From positions 10,354,001 through 10,418,000 of the forward strand of contig CAIIXF020000001.1 in NCBI GenBank assembly GCA_903813345.2: a DNA stretch of 64,000 bases, read 5' to 3'. Below, in pieces: positions 44,001-58,304 of this stretch. The position numbers and the translations under genes are program-made. The notes under the pieces were generated by a model, which was given only the letters and a program-made list of their open reading frames with translations, was not told the DNA's origin and searched no databases. Positions within the stretch are counted from its first letter, which is position 1. Every line of letters starts with the position of its first letter. Source of the DNA: Owenia fusiformis (taxonomy: Eukaryota).

Positions 44001-45394
44001 GTCGTGTTATAAATTTATTAAATATTTTAAAAATCGCCAGATGAATATATCATAAAATAAAATGGAACTGGCTAGGCTTCTTGATGAGATATTGCATGAT
44101 TTCGTCAGGATTTTGTCTAAAATTAAAATAAATGGCTCCAAGAAAAATTGCGATATTCGAAAACTGGACAAAATGTCGTTATTGTCTGACATTAGTAACT
44201 GGCTGTAAATTCTAAGTTAGTGATCTAGAAGATGTGAACTAATACATTGATCACTTCATGTGTGTTTTGGAATTTTTGGTGAGGTAATAAGATAAATTTT
44301 ATGATTACGACACATATACAGCAGTAAAAAAAACATGCAGGGATTCATCTTTGGACTAAGGCCACGATATAGTGGCAGTGGCCTTAGAAGAAGGTAATGC
44401 TTGACCACATGTAAAAACTAATCAAAGAAGATGGGAAAACTTTGTCCTTGTGGGCTTATTGACACCATGGGCTCTATCAGGTGGTAGAGCCTTACCTTCT
44501 TCTAAGGCCACTGTATCGTGCGTGGCCTTCCAGTACAGATATATTCCTGCATGAACAACTGGTCATGTTGTAATCATAAAATTTGAAATCATATGTCCAC
44601 CATTTTTCCACATCACAATTTGAATTGCGAGTTTTGGTCTTATTACCTCACCAAAAATTCCAAAACACACATAAAGTGATCAGTGTATTAGTTCACATCT
44701 TCTGTATCGTACTTAGAATTTACAGCCAGTTACTTATGTCAGACGTTAACGACATTTCGTCCAGTTTTCGAACATCGCCATTTTTCTTGGAGCCATTTTG
44801 TTTTAATTTTAGACAAAATCCTGTCGAAATCATGTCATATCTCATCAAGGAGCCGAGCTGGGTCCGGTTTGATTAATGATTTATTTATCTGGCGATTTTT
44901 AAAATATTCAATTAATTTATGACACCCCAGCCAGCTTTTTTCAAATAGAGTTCACGTATTCCAGATGAAATCCCCTCTAGCCAAGTATTGGCTAGAGACT
45001 CGAGTAAGTAGAGCCCATGTTGACACCTGATGAGATGTGTTCATGTGTGATAACATAGCAACTTTTACTAAACAGTACTTGATTCTCTCAAAAGAAATCT
45101 GAATAGAAAATAAACAAAATACTGATAATTTCACAAACTGACAAACCCTAAACAAGCAGCTTGAATCCCAACCGCTCCAGTTCCAGAACCGAGCTCCAAG
45201 ATTATTTTTTCTTTCATACTGGATTCCCCTGCAGAATTATGGAAATCAGGCATTTCTAGATAGCACATCAATACGAGAGCGGCATCCCAAACAACACAAC
45301 CAACATCTCCTGTTGAACATTGGCTTATATTGAGTGACGAACCGTTTTTTCTTTCAAATTCTCTGACAAAAATATTTTCCATGGAGGCTGCCAT
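41070..45394 (-). CDS. VCPKMT: VCP lysine methyltransferase (METTL21D)
   Basis: Exons 45394-45147, 43429-43246, 42189-42070, 41171-41070(TGA). Motifs GDVGCVVWDAALVL, ILELGSGTGAVG, ITDL, LKWG, LLADCIYYEESLEPLV, CYEERTTG and YRSEDIHI. Confidence 0.93.
43921..45009. mobile_element. Foldback/palindromic non-autonomous element in VCPKMT intron 1
   Basis: ACTTACTCGAGTCTCTAGCCAAT... versus ...ATTGGCTAGAGACTCGAGTAAGT; arms complementary over >350 bp plus an inner inverted pair at ~44378/44510. Confidence 0.75.
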
Positions 45395-45686
45395 TTTGAC
45401 ACGTCACATGACTGTCACATGACTCTGGGTCAAATTGCCCTTATTCTATCTTTATATATTCTGGACTGTCTGCTAAAGTTTACTATTACCCCTTTCGGAC
45501 TACAAACAGTATTGATGGAATATGTTCTCCTCAGACTGTGCCCACATTCGCGTGAAAATGACCTATCACATTTGCACTTTTAGCAGACGAATTATTTGTT
45601 TGTGGCGTGTCACAGATCATTTGACCAATGAAATTATTGAGCCTTTTCACTTCTTTCCAATTTTGTAACTCAAAACATTTTCAAAC
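45395..45686. promoter_or_regulatory. Bidirectional promoter region VCPKMT/SHMT2
   Basis: Divergent ATGs at 45394 and 45687; tandem GTCACATGAC E-box/M-box at 45403-45412 and 45414-45423; CCAAT near 45625. Confidence 0.6.
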
Positions 45687-48600
45687 ATGTTTGCATCTAA
45701 CCTATTTCTAGTAAGATCGGTGAGTATACAAATTAGTTTATGTTACACGATTATAGACCTGTTTTTGATGCTTACGTTTAAAGCTGACAATAGTCACAAT
45801 TATCCCAGTATCTTCATTGACGAATATAAGTGTAAAGGGGGGGGGGGGGGGGGGGGGTTAGATTTGTAGGCATTTGTCCAGTAGTTACCAGCTGCCAGGA
45901 GTCAAGACTGTATCAGCCCTGCGGCAGACTGAAAGTACCCATCACAAAGTCTTGTTTTTGAAAACCTAAAACCTCATGCCATCGATGCTGATGCCATCTA
46001 ATTGAAATCCCATGCCGAAACGTACATTGTACCGAAAACCAATAGACCGACGCGCATTGTATCGAAAAATAATATTCCAATGTGTGTTGTACTGAAATCC
46101 ATGTGCGTTTTACTGAAAACCATTGCTGTTGTGTATACCATGGGCTTTCAACTAATTTCTAATTGAAAGCCCATGTGTATACCCCGGGGGGTTCACTGTG
46201 TACAAAATTTGGCGGGGGTCCTAGGCTGAACCATGGGCTTTCAACTAGTTGAAAGCCCATGGCTGAACCCTCAGATATCAATATATTCCCATACCAAAAT
46301 GTCAAATTTGGATGTGTTTCCATACCAACCGATATAGTGCCCAAAAGCCATACCAAATGCCCAAATATGAAACCAATGCCATTCCAAATGTCAAAATATA
46401 GGAGCATAGTCATATAAATCTGACCCTCGTATGATGTTATTTGTTGTTATTTTTTTCTGATTTGGATATTTATTTTTCTTATTTTCTTGCATACGAGGGT
46501 CATAAACACTAGCGCTTGTATATTGCGGGAATTGCTTTCCTGGCATGTCTACCCAACCAAATTCACACAAATGATAAATTAATTTCTTTGCTTCAACTAT
46601 AAAGTATTTAATCTTACCTTAGGCACGTAAAACGCTTGGTAATTGAAGAAATATAAGCACGCTGCTAAATTTTAAAATTTTCTCATTTTGCCTACCAAGG
46701 TCACTTCCGGGATAATCTGATAGTCTAGATGTAAAACTATATCAAACGAAATCATAAGTTTTTGTTACACAAATATTAGAGAGATTTCGCACCTAGTGAA
46801 AGCACAACTTATAACGTATACTTATACTTATAGGTAAACGTACAAGGTGTTTCATAATGTGGGCTTTTCGTCAGGAAGGATCTTCTCGGACTGTAATAAA
46901 TACAGGTCAAAGGGATGCCATTTGTACTTTCTTGAATTGTAGCATGTTTAGTTGATCCAAATGTCTTTGTCTAGAATAAAATAGGCTCATATAAAGTACA
47001 TACATGTTATAGACCCATCTCTTCTCAAATTGACTTTTTGGAGATGCTCGTTATGAAACACCCTGTATGTGTTGAGCTACTGAATTTACTGTTTCCAGGA
47101 ATTGCTAGAACCTACTGGTTTGATTGGTGTTTCAAATTGATGGTTAAAGTATTTGATTGGATACTGTTCCCACTCAGCATTTTAAAAAATGCTTGCGGTC
47201 AATTGTTCCACACACGTGTAGGCAAATCTTTATACGGAGATCCAACTGTATACGTTATCATCTACGTAAATATACCGTTTTATAAGTTCATTGAACTTAT
47301 ACTGATCATGAAAACATTGAAATAATCAACTTGTTTATGTAATGACTCACTTTAAAGAATCATGACTCACTTTAAAGGATCGTGTTTATAATACACTACA
47401 ATTACAAGGACACGGAAGCAAGCATTTAATCATAATGTGCATAATCTACACCTGCAGATGACAGTGCATTCACAGTCTCTAGTTGATGGAGCTTTTCTAT
47501 AATGGGAATAGTTATGTTCCATTAAGTACAATTTAAAATTGATTTTAGTAAATATAATAGTTCGACATGACCCTTTAAACTATACGTATACGTATAAGTT
47601 GTACTTTCACTTATGTGCGAAATCTCTCTAATCAGTTGAAAGGGAAGCAGTGTCGTTGAGAAGGGAAGTTATTTGGAAAAGTTATTGTTTCAAAATGAGA
47701 AAAGTAATAAGTGGCAGAGAACGGCTTTGGAATCGATCTCTGTGTAATAAATAATTATGATTCCGTTTCGATACATGTTATACATTTAGACTACCGGAAA
47801 CAACATTCAGCAACATGGCGGGCGATAATGAAAATATAATTCAATTGATTATATTTCATCAATTATCAAGCGTTTTACATGTCTAAGGTAAGATTTAACA
47901 CTTTGGTGTTGGAGCTAAATAATTACGTGATAATTTGTGTGACTTTGGTTAGTATGGTAACTATATTTACCAAGACAGGCCAGAAAAGCGTTTACTGCAA
48001 TTTGTTCCATATAATATCTACGACCGTGTATGCAAAGAAAATGATAAAAAATAAATATCCAAATAAGAACAAGGAATATCGAAGAACAGCATACAACAGT
48101 CGGATTTATATGACTAATAGGAGCAATGCCATACCAATGACATGACTGGTCCAAAGTAGAATATTTCCCAGGAAAAAAGCTATTTATTTAAACTGAAGAA
48201 GGTCCCAGGAAGAAGTCGATCTTTGAGGAAATGAACCAAAACAACCTCATATTAGGATATGTGTAACTACTAGACCAATTCCATACCATAATTGTGAGAT
48301 AACATATTTTCCATGACCATTCTCATACAAGAAAGTTGAAAAATCTGACCATTTCCATCCCTCAAAAGTCATAATGAGGGGGCATTCTCATACCACATCC
48401 TAAAATGTGGGTCCATTGCCATACCAAATGTCAAAACAGGTACCCCATGTGCACTGAGGATCCCCGTCAAGGTTTATATACAGTGAACCCCCCGGGGTGT
48501 ATACCGATCTGAGGCCCGGGTATACTGTCATTAATAATTCTTATCCATTAAAGCTTATAAAAATCAGTCTCATTCTTATACATCTAAGTTATCTAGTAAA

Positions 48601-51600
48601 GGAGAGCTCTCAGTATAATATACATGTATACACCACGCATTAACATCTCAGTACTCTAGCGGACATTTCTAACATATTCCTGGGCCTCAGATACCAATAG
48701 TCCGACACCATGATGTGATGTAAAAAGGCTTGTAATAGAAGATGTATGAAGGGTAGAAAATTATGATAGATATTATTGAAAATCATGCACATTTAATCAT
48801 GAAGACCAGGCAGGAAATAGCAACAGAATGCTATTCTAAATAAGCTTCATCAAGAAAGGGAACTCAAAACTGCAAACATCCTAAAATCACAGCCCATTAA
48901 GTCAAACCTTCATGTAGAAGTTTTAAGTCTGCAAAACTATGTCACTTATTTATTATTTAGGTTAAGTTTGGATCAAAATAGATTTAGAATACAATGTATT
49001 ATATATCGTAAACAAAAGGGGTACTCAATGATAATAGCTTGCGAAGATATTTCGTGATTTATAATTAAAGTTCTGTGCGTAACACTTAATTTTCCAGTCC
49101 CTGAAAATTTGATTCGATTTTGTTATGAATGATATTAAAGAACACAAATAAGCTTTCCAATGGTTTGATGTAGATGTGGCTAGCTATTTCAAACCATATG
49201 TAACATTGTCAGTCAGCAAAAAATGTTTTGTCATCTATTGATTAAGTTCAATGCATAACGATTGATTAGGTATTTCAAATCATAAAAATGTATGTACTGT
49301 TGTCAGTTTGTGAAAGTATTTCATCATCTAGTACACAATTCGTTACATTTAATTTCAATTCAATTTACTGTATTTTCTTATTACATTTTTATCCCGTTTC
49401 TCTGCCCTTGAGAAGGGATCCTTGAATTAAAGGCTTGACAACACTGAATGAATGTTAGAATTGTGGCGGCAACTTTTTTTAATTGGCTACCATTTTCGAA
49501 GATTGTTCTAAATCAAACGTCTTTTGGCCATTAGGGATATTCCTATAAACTATTGAGTTGTTTTCCAAATAAATGGACGGACAAACAGACAAACAAATGG
49601 GCGGCTTTTTTGGATGACAGGTTGTTCTTGTCTCAAAATACATGTTCTCTCGTTTGTAAGTATTTTTGTCAATTCTAATTAATGAATATCACGTATCAAA
49701 ACTTAAAAAGTGTCTAATATTTTACTCCAAATAAACTTTAAATATCCCGTGTTAGATATGTGTGCATTATGACATTTGGTATAACGTTTTTCGGTACAAT
49801 GCGCTTCCATATAATGGGTTTCGGTATGCACGTCGGTATAATGGGTTTCGGTATAATGCACGTCGGTATAATGGGTTTCGGTGTAATGCGCATCGGTATA
49901 ATGGGTTTTGGTATCGTGCGCATCGGTATAATGGGTTTCGGTATAATGCGCGTCGGTATAATGAGTTTTTGTATAATGCTCACTTTGCTCTATTATGTTC
50001 ACATCTCTAAGATTTTAAAAATCGCTCGCAAATTTTTCATTTTAGGTTGGCAAGTCTGCTATTAGAGTTATATGAACAAAATATTACCCATGATGCATTT
50101 CCCAGGGGAACTCTTGCAATGTGTAGCTCCTTTTGCTGTGACCTCCCCTTTCATTATAAATAGAACCCCTGGGTTAATCTTGGTTACGCCCCTTGTATAC
50201 CCTGTGTACTATTACATTTTCAGGTGACTAAACCACTGTATAGTGCTTCAGTCTTACGCTCAGTGTGGACAGGTCAAGAACCACTGGCCATAGATGATCC
50301 AGAAGTTAATGCGCTTATCAAGGAGGAGAAAAGTCGGCAGGTCAATGGCTTAGAGCTCATTGCATCTGAGGTACAGTTATAATATAACTTTCATCTGCAT
50401 TTATTTATAACCAATAGTGGAATACATATACAATTTAGGTAAGGCAGAATGCAATTGTAAGTAATTTATAAGATGTGTTGTTATTATGATATCTATTAAG
50501 GAAACATGTATCAGCTCTTTGATGTTTTACCACTCATTATGTCACCACCAAAAGTGGTGACATATTGTTATGGTCTCCGTTTTTTTGCGACGGCGTCCGG
50601 CGGTTGGTGGTTGGCGTCCGGCGGTTGGCGTCCGGCGTCTGTAACAATTTCTTACAACTTCCTATAACTTAACAAATACTGTTTAGACTGACTTCAATCA
50701 TTTTCTAAATCATCTACATGTTCTCAGAAGTTCAAATCTGACTTTAGATTTGACATTTGACCTTCAATGACCTTCTCAAGGTCAAAAAGGTCTTTTTTCA
50801 ACTTGCTTCACATTGACTAAATTTTTTTTCAAAATCATCTACATGTTCTCAGAAATTCAAATCTGACTTTAGATTTGACATTTGACCTTCAAATCTGACT
50901 TTAGATTTGACATTTGACCTTCAATGACCTTCTCAAGGTCAAAAAAGGTCAAAAAGGTCTGTTTTCAACTTGCTTCAAATTGACTAAAAAATTTTTTCAA
51001 AATCATCTACGTGTTCTCAGAAATTCAAATCTGACTTAAGATTTGACATTTGACCTTCAATGACCTTCTCAAGGTCAAAAAAGGTCAAAAAGGTCTGTTT
51101 TCAACTTGCTTCAAATTGACTAAAAAAGATTTTCAAACTCATCTACGTGTTCTCAGAAATTCAAATCTGACTTTAGATTTGACTAAAGATTTGACATTTG
51201 ACCTTCAATGACCTTCTCAAAGTCAAAAAAGGTCAAAAAGGTCTTTTTTCAACTTGCTTCAAATTGACTAAATTTTTTTTTCAAAATCATCTACATGTTC
51301 TCAGAAATTCAAATCTGACTTTAGATTTGACATTTGACCTTCAATGACCTTCTCAAGGTCAAAAAAGGTCAAAAAAGTCTGTTTTCAATTTGCTTCAAAT
51401 TGACTAAATTTTTTTTCAAAATCATCTACGTGTTCTCAGAAATTCAAATCTGACTTAAGATTTGACATTTGACCTTCAATGACCTTCTCAAGGTCAAAAA
51501 AGGTCAAAAAGGTCTGTTTTCAACTTGCTTCAAATTGACTAAAAAAATTTTTCAAAATCATCTACTTGTTCTCAGAAATTCAAATCTGACTTTAGATTTG

Positions 51601-54600
51601 ACTTAAGATTTGACATTTGACCTTCAATGACCATCTCAAAGTCAAAAAAGGACAAAAAGGTCTTTTTTCAACTTGCTTCAAATTGACTAAAATTTTTTTT
51701 CAAAATCATCTACATGTTCTCAGAAATTCAAATCTGACTTAAGATCTGACATTTGACCTTCAATGACCTTCTCAAAGTCAAAAAAGGTCAAAAAGGTCTT
51801 TTTTCAACTTGCTTCAAATTGACAATTTTTTTTTTTCAAAATCATCTACATGTTCTCAGAAATTCAAATCTGACTTTAGATTTGACATTTGACCTTCAAT
51901 GTCCTTCTCAATGTCAAAAAAGGTCAAAAAAGGTATTTTTTCATCTTGCTTCAAATTGACTAAATTTTTTTTCAAAATCATCTACATGTTCTCAGAAATT
52001 CAAATATGACTCTAGATTTGACTTTAGATTTGACATTTGACCTTCAATGACCTCCTCAAGGTCAAAAAAGGTCAAAAAGGTCTTTTTTCAACTTGCTTCA
52101 AATTGACTAATTTTTTTTTTCAAAATCATCTATATGTTCTCAGAAATTCAAATCTGACTTTAGATTTGACATTTGACCTTTAATGACCTTCTCAAGGTCA
52201 AAAAAGGTCTGTTTTCAACTTGCTTCAAATTGACAAATTTTTTTTCAGAAGTTCAAATTTGACTTTACAAGTTCTCAGAAATTCAAACCTGACTTAAGTT
52301 TGAACTCATAATATTGTGAGCAACTAGGTGGTGACATTTTGTCATGTTAATGCCTTGTTTAAGATTGGCAACACCCACTTTTATCTAAATTGTCCTTATT
52401 TTACCAGAAGTGGTGACATATTGTTAAAGTCTCCAACTTTTTGGCATCTGGTGCTCTACAATTGGTCGTTGATATTCGGCAAAATTGGCATCTGAAACAA
52501 ATGGGAAAAAACAAGTGATATGTTGCAGTCAGTGTTACTGCATTTCAATATTACTCAGAATAATGCAAGCTTTTTTTATATCAATTCCACTCAAAAAATT
52601 TGATGAAGTTTTTCTTTCACCTTTGTTTTCAGAACTTTGCCAGCAGGGCTGTTTTGGAGGCTGTCGGATCCTGTCTGTCAAATAAATATGCTGAAGGCTA
52701 CCCAGGTGCTAGGTAAGCATGATATTCACAAGGCTTTACACTAGAGTGTAGGACCTCACCTTATTTGGCCTGCTCTTAGCCTACATGTATTTTGTATCAA
52801 TAAAAAAAGGTGTAACAAGACAGACAAAGTAATCACTTCTCCCAGATTTGCCAAAAACATTTCAACCATACCTATCTTTCTGACAAATTATGAATGGAGT
52901 CCATTTCTAGGGTATGTCTCCTTTTGATGGGATTTGCTACACTTACTGTGACAATGCCATATTTTTAAGTTTTCCCTGTATATCAGTACTTTCATTTCTT
53001 GACACTGAATGGTTGACCTTTGCAAAAATATTGAAAAGGCTTGATTAGTTTATATACAAGTTAAGTAAATAAGTTGTACATTTGTATTTTCAGATATTAT
53101 GGTGGTAATGAGGTCATAGACAAGATTGAGACATTGTGTATTCAGAGGGCTTTGGAAACCTTCAATCTCGATCCAGAGAAATGGGGTGTAAATGTGCAGC
53201 CCTATTCTGGCAGTCCAGCTAACTTTGAGACATATACTGCTTTACTGAACCCACATGATAGGATCATGGGACTTGACCTCCCAGATGGAGGACAGTAAGT
53301 TAACATCTTTGGGGGTATAGAAAACATTTTGCCTAGCCCTGCGGGGTGTATTCGACAATATTACCCCTGCTCTTTGGTGTATATTTCTTAAGTAATAAGA
53401 TGCTCTCCTATGTTTACCAAGCTTTTTCTGTATTATAGAAGTAATAATGTATTGTGCAGTGAGATTGGTTGCGTAGAGTCAGAACTTCTAGGATACAAAT
53501 TCACTATTAGACCAAGATTAGAAAAGGTTCAGTTGATATCATGTATAACATTATGGAAGAAAATGTCTGGTGATTTGAAAGCTATCCAATCTAGAAATCG
53601 AGCACATCATACATAGAAGTTAAATTTTAATATCTCTACCAGAGGTTCTAAATCAATACATGTTGTATGCATCAATTCAATCTTATTTCAGTTTAACACA
53701 TGGCTTTATGACTGATACAAAGAGAGTATCTGCTACTTCCATATACTTCGAATCCATGCCTTACAGACTCAATGTAAGTTCTATGGAAATCACAGATGTT
53801 ATATTTTTATATGTATGTTCAACGAATTGATCCATACTAATCATGTGGGATACGGTTGTCATGACAATGCCCTGATTTTGATCATTATTGAATAGCCTTT
53901 GGGTAATTCATTCAGATTCCAGGAAAATTTAGCCAGTGAGAAATGTAAATACTTTTCTTGCAAATTATATATTTTTTATCTTAAAGACATGTTCCAGCCT
54001 TCAGTTTGCTATGTTTTCTGTTGCAGCCAAGCACAGGGTACATAGACTATGATAAGATGGAGGAATCCGCTAAACTATTTAGGCCAAAGATGATGATAGC
54101 TGGTACCAGTGCATACTCAAGACCTTTGGACTATGCAAGGTTCAGGAAAGTAAGTATCTTGTATATCATTTTAGGTAAGGTTCTCAACCAGGTAGACCAG
54201 GGTCCAGGACTTTTAAAATTGGGACTTACATAATGGGAGCATATTGAAATCAAATGGGCTCTGTAGCCACTTAAAAGAGAGGCTTGCACACACCAGAAAT
54301 TCATTTTCTCCCATCTTATAGTGTCTTAGACCATAATTTTCTAAATTGTAATGCTTCTTTCCCAGACAGCTGAGGTGGTAGAGCATTAACCTCAGGTTCT
54401 TTGGTCCTGAATTCAATGGTATCAATACAAGTTCAGATGATTGATATATGGCCACCTTTGGTACCCCTTAAGTGTTCAACTTCTTGAGACTCATTTAACA
54501 TTATGTCAGTTGGTCTTCGGACTCTGAAAAGTGTTCCACTAACGGAGGTGTTCCACTTCTAGAGTTGTTCCACTTTACAGGTTTCACTGTACTTACAATA

Positions 54601-56682
54601 TGTGTTTTCCTCAAGGTATGTGATGATATAAAGGCTGTATTACTAGCAGATATGGCACATATATCTGGTCTTGTTGCTGCTGGAGTCATGCCTGGACCAT
54701 TTGAATATGCAGATGTTGTAACCACCACAACCCATAAGTCACTCAGGGGTCCCAGGTACCAGACTTATACAAAATATTGAAAATAAATACTGTGTGTAAC
54801 TATAACTGCTGTATATTTGTAATGGGGGTGTGGGTGGATTATCATACCCCTCATATCATATACATCATTGCCTCATAACATGTTGCAGAATTACATGAAT
54901 TTTACATTAAGATTGATATTTCACTTGAAAAATGTAATATACCCAAAATGAGGGACAATTTTACAATATGACAATTTTAGTATATACACTGTAATATAGT
55001 TAAAGGAATATTCCTTGCCAAACCATCTCTCTCCTCATATGGAGGCTATAACTATATATATGCTTGCCATGTTTAGCAAAACACGCAAAAATGTTTTGAT
55101 ATGGTCAAATTTGATCACTTAGAAATGTGATGCTCAATTCCAGTAAGCTGCCATCTTTTAAAATTTCACATAGGAAGTGATGTCATTGACTCTCAACTTT
55201 GCATATAGCATTAGGTGAGGAGCTATTAAGAATTACAAAACCAGCTAAATATTCTTTTTCAACTCTGTATCTTATTTAATCCTTCTGAAAATTTCTTCTT
55301 TTATTCTAAGTGGACAAGCCCTGAAAATATTTTTGCACAGAAAGTAGTGATCACTTGTCTAGAAGTGATTTTGTGCTACTTTCCTATACTGTTATGGGCA
55401 AGGTTATAGAAGTTGAGAGTTGATGACATCACTTCCTGCAAGAAATATTAAAAGATGGCAGCTCACTGGAAATAAGCACTAGATTTTTAAATGATCAATA
55501 TTGACCATATTAAAACATTTTCCCATGTTTTGCTAAATATGGAAACTATATATATGATTATAGCTACCATATCAAGAGAGAAAGGGTCTGGCAAGGAATA
55601 TTCCTTTAAGTATGATCCGAATGAAATATGATTTCAGAAAAATCCTCATTATTTTATTTTCAGGTCAGGGATGATCTTCTTCAGAAAAGGAGTGAAGGAG
55701 ATCAATAAGAAGACTGGGAAGGAAGTTATGTATGATTATGAGAAGAGAATCAACAATGCTGTATTTCCAGCTCTACAAGGTGGGCCACATGAGAACCAGA
55801 TAGGTGCCTTGGCTGTTGCACTTAGACAGGTAAATAAAAATGGATTATATGTTTTTTTCAATATACAATTTCAGTAAATACAAAATTGATAAAAATGTCT
55901 GCATTTTCAATCAGATTGATTTGAAATTTTCAGTTTTTGGACATTCAGGATGAAAATCTAGATCCTATTGATATGGACAAGTTGCACAGATTTGTCTCAT
56001 AAATACACCCACTTTGAGCAGAGTTGACCAGTTATGCTTATTGTATCAGTAAAAGCCAGTAAAACGGCTGTTAACAGTTCATTAGGGTGGAATCGGAGAT
56101 AGATAGTTTGACCCAACCCCATATCTCTCCAAAATAAATAGTCAATGAATTAAACATGTTGCACAACATATGATTGCAGGCAAAAAGTCCTGAGTTCAAG
56201 GAGTACCAGTTGCAGGTTTTGAAGAATGCTGATGTTCTCGCCAAGGCACTTGTCAGTAAAGGCTACAGTATTGTCTCAGGTAAAGGAAAAATGTGCCCCA
56301 TAATAAATGAACTGTTCAACATTAAGTCTTGTTTCAATATTTTCATACAAACCAATAAGTAAAATTGATTGGGTGAAACTTTCTTGTTCTACAATATAAA
56401 TTTTAAATGAACAAAAGCTTATTAAACCCCCTAATCATATGGATTAATGTATTGACATTGATTCCAATTGAACATGCTGTAGCAATTATATATATGTATT
56501 ATACATTATGTTCTGTGGCTTTTTAGGGGGTACACAAAACCATCTTTGTCTGCTTGATCTCAGACCTCAAGGAACAGATGGTGCAAGAATGGAAAGAATG
56601 TGTGAACTTTGCTCAATCACAGTCAACAAAAACACTTGTCCTGGTGACAAAAGTGCAATGAAGCCAGGAGGCCTGCGATTAG
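45687..56682 (+). CDS. SHMT2: Serine hydroxymethyltransferase, mitochondrial type (3' exons beyond the window)
   Basis: Exons 45687-45719 (probable), 50224-50370, 52633-52712, 53094-53294, 53692-53773, 54027-54149, 54616-54755, 55664-55829, 56180-56279, 56527-56682. Peptides [29 protein letters not shown]-lysine motif [27 protein letters not shown]. The N-terminus looks like a transit peptide. Confidence 0.95.
46407..48116. mobile_element. Mutator-like (MULE) MITE with 9-bp TSD
   Basis: ATAGGAGCA|TAGTCATATAAATC ... GATTTATATGACTA|ATAGGAGCA; degenerate long TIRs of ~420-530 bp. Confidence 0.78.
46843..47065. mobile_element. Small Tc1/mariner-type MITE
   Basis: TA|CAAGGTGTTTCATAA ... TTATGAAACACCCTG|TA. 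Confidence 0.65.
49770..49980. repeat. 15/30-bp minisatellite
   Basis: CGGTATAATGGGTTT/CGGTATAATGCGCGT alternating subunits; a degenerate reverse-orientation relative lies at ~46010-46120. Confidence 0.85.
50537..52359 (+). mobile_element. Second copy of the HINE-like element (~11-12 x 135-bp units), in an SHMT2 intron
   Basis: Same 5' hairpin, microsatellite, satellite unit and 3' end as 1021-2363. Confidence 0.75.
55004..55605. mobile_element. MITE with TTAA TSD (Kolobok-like)
   Basis: TTAA|AGGAATATTCCTTGCCA ... TGGCAAGGAATATTCCT|TTAA; long imperfect IRs. Confidence 0.78.
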
Positions 56683-57079
56683 GTAAATATATTCTGTATT
56701 TCCTTTATTCAAAGCCTCTGAGCCAGTTTGGGTCTGGATTGGCTTATTATCAGCTCACAGTCACCATTTTAGTGTCAATTTTACAGTATTTTAGGAACAA
56801 CATATAAAACTGTAATATTATATTAATATGACATTGTTTTTAAATGCAAAAAGTTATATATAGATTAAGTTGAAAATCTGAAAATTGTGTCCATCTTAAA
56901 AAATGGTGGTTGTTACATCCTATTTTATGATTTTTGCTTTAACTGGAAAGGAGTGGTGCAATTTTATTCATATTTGATATGTGAATACTCATAAGCATGG
57001 CACATTGTCTTATGACACTTTGACTAGTAGGTGGGCCATTTTGAAAAAAATTACCTTTTTTACTTTGACTCACAAACTA

Positions 57080-57945
57080 CAGTAGAACCTGCTAAGTGGA
57101 ACATCTCCGTAAGTGGAACACCTCGCAAGTGGAACGCTTTTTCAAAGTCCCGTTTTAAAAACCCATTGACTTAATGTTAATTGAACCTCTGTAAGTGGAA
57201 CACCTCCAAACTTGAACAGTGAACACCCCATATTGAAAAATTAACCTGCTAAGTGGAACAGTCAATTTTCCATAAATTTCAATAGTGATACTTATGTAAA
57301 CAAAATTAACCTCCAACAGTGATACCTGGGTATGAAAACAGGTAATAACGTGATAATTGGCAAATTAGGATTTTAATGGATTAGCATTAGCATATGGTCA
57401 ATTGGATTAACCTCCTGTAGAGATCAACATGTGATGCTACCACTAATTAATTTGATAATTAGCAAATTTTAATTTCATAAGATTATCATTCAGCAAATTG
57501 GATTAAGAGATTGACATGTGATGCTCTTGCCTCTTAGACTCTTGCTGTTTGTTTCATACTTAATAAGTAAGCTTAAGAATGTCAGTTAAAAAAACAAATG
57601 AATTATTAGCATTAGGAACAAGTCTTTAAAACTTAATTGCCTTATCTTAGTGTCTGAGACTGGCAGAATGAGGAGGATTGAGAATGTCAGAAAACATTTT
57701 TGGTAGAATGAGGAGGATTAAGAATGTCAGATACCTTTTTGAGTAAAACAAATGGATAATTAAGGCTTTATAGCTGCCCTGCAATGATCGGAGAATCTTA
57801 TATTCAGTGATAGATATCAACTCTATATTTAATCCTGTATGTTCGTTAAATCCCCGCGAGCCCAAAACCTCCGTAAGTGGAACACCTCCTAAGTGGAACG
57901 CTTTTTGGCAGAACGGAGGGTGTTCCATTTACACAGGTTCTACTG
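57080..57945. mobile_element. pogo/Tigger-like MITE, TA TSD
   Basis: TA|CAGTAGAACCTG ... CAGGTTCTACTG|TA with subterminal AAGTGGAACACCTC repeats; shorter relatives at ~32050-32210, ~38065-38234 and ~54470-54590. Confidence 0.78.
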
Positions 57946-58304
57946 TACACTTTTCCCATGACAATTTGAAAAAATTATTGAGGGATTTTGTAAAAATGGC
58001 AGCCAATTGGCTGTTAGATGGAAATTGCTTTGGCTTGGCATTGTTGTTATCTTGTTAACATTTTGTACCAGTTTTGAGATATAAGAGCTCAAAAACTGAA
58101 AAAATCAAGTTTCCAAATATTTCAAGGTCAAATTTCAACTTGCTTCAAATTGCAATCTGATTGCTTGCAATCTTGATTTCTAGTTATCACTCATTATCTG
58201 TTTTTGTTGGCAGTCAGGGATCTGTAACATTTGATACAATTTTGGAACCATTTGCAGGTGGTGGCATTTTGTCATGTTATTAATTTATTGATACATGTCA
58301 TAAT

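Larger units (their letters stand above)
46180..48499. mobile_element. Non-autonomous TIR element (CMC/EnSpm-like ends), host of nested MITEs
   Basis: TIR ACCCCGGGGGGTTCACTGT / ACAGTGAACCCCCCGGGGTG; repeated CCATACCAA motifs continue on both sides of the inner insertion. Confidence 0.6.

Noticed and set aside
45837-45857. Poly-G tracts (also ~30222 and ~60681) as functional G-quadruplexes
   Set aside because: Isolated intronic homopolymers with no further support.
49703-50065. Repetitive ORFs (THYTD / GIMGF / RYNGF)
   Set aside because: Open in several frames on both strands because of a 15/30-bp minisatellite in an SHMT2 intron; no splice or homology support.
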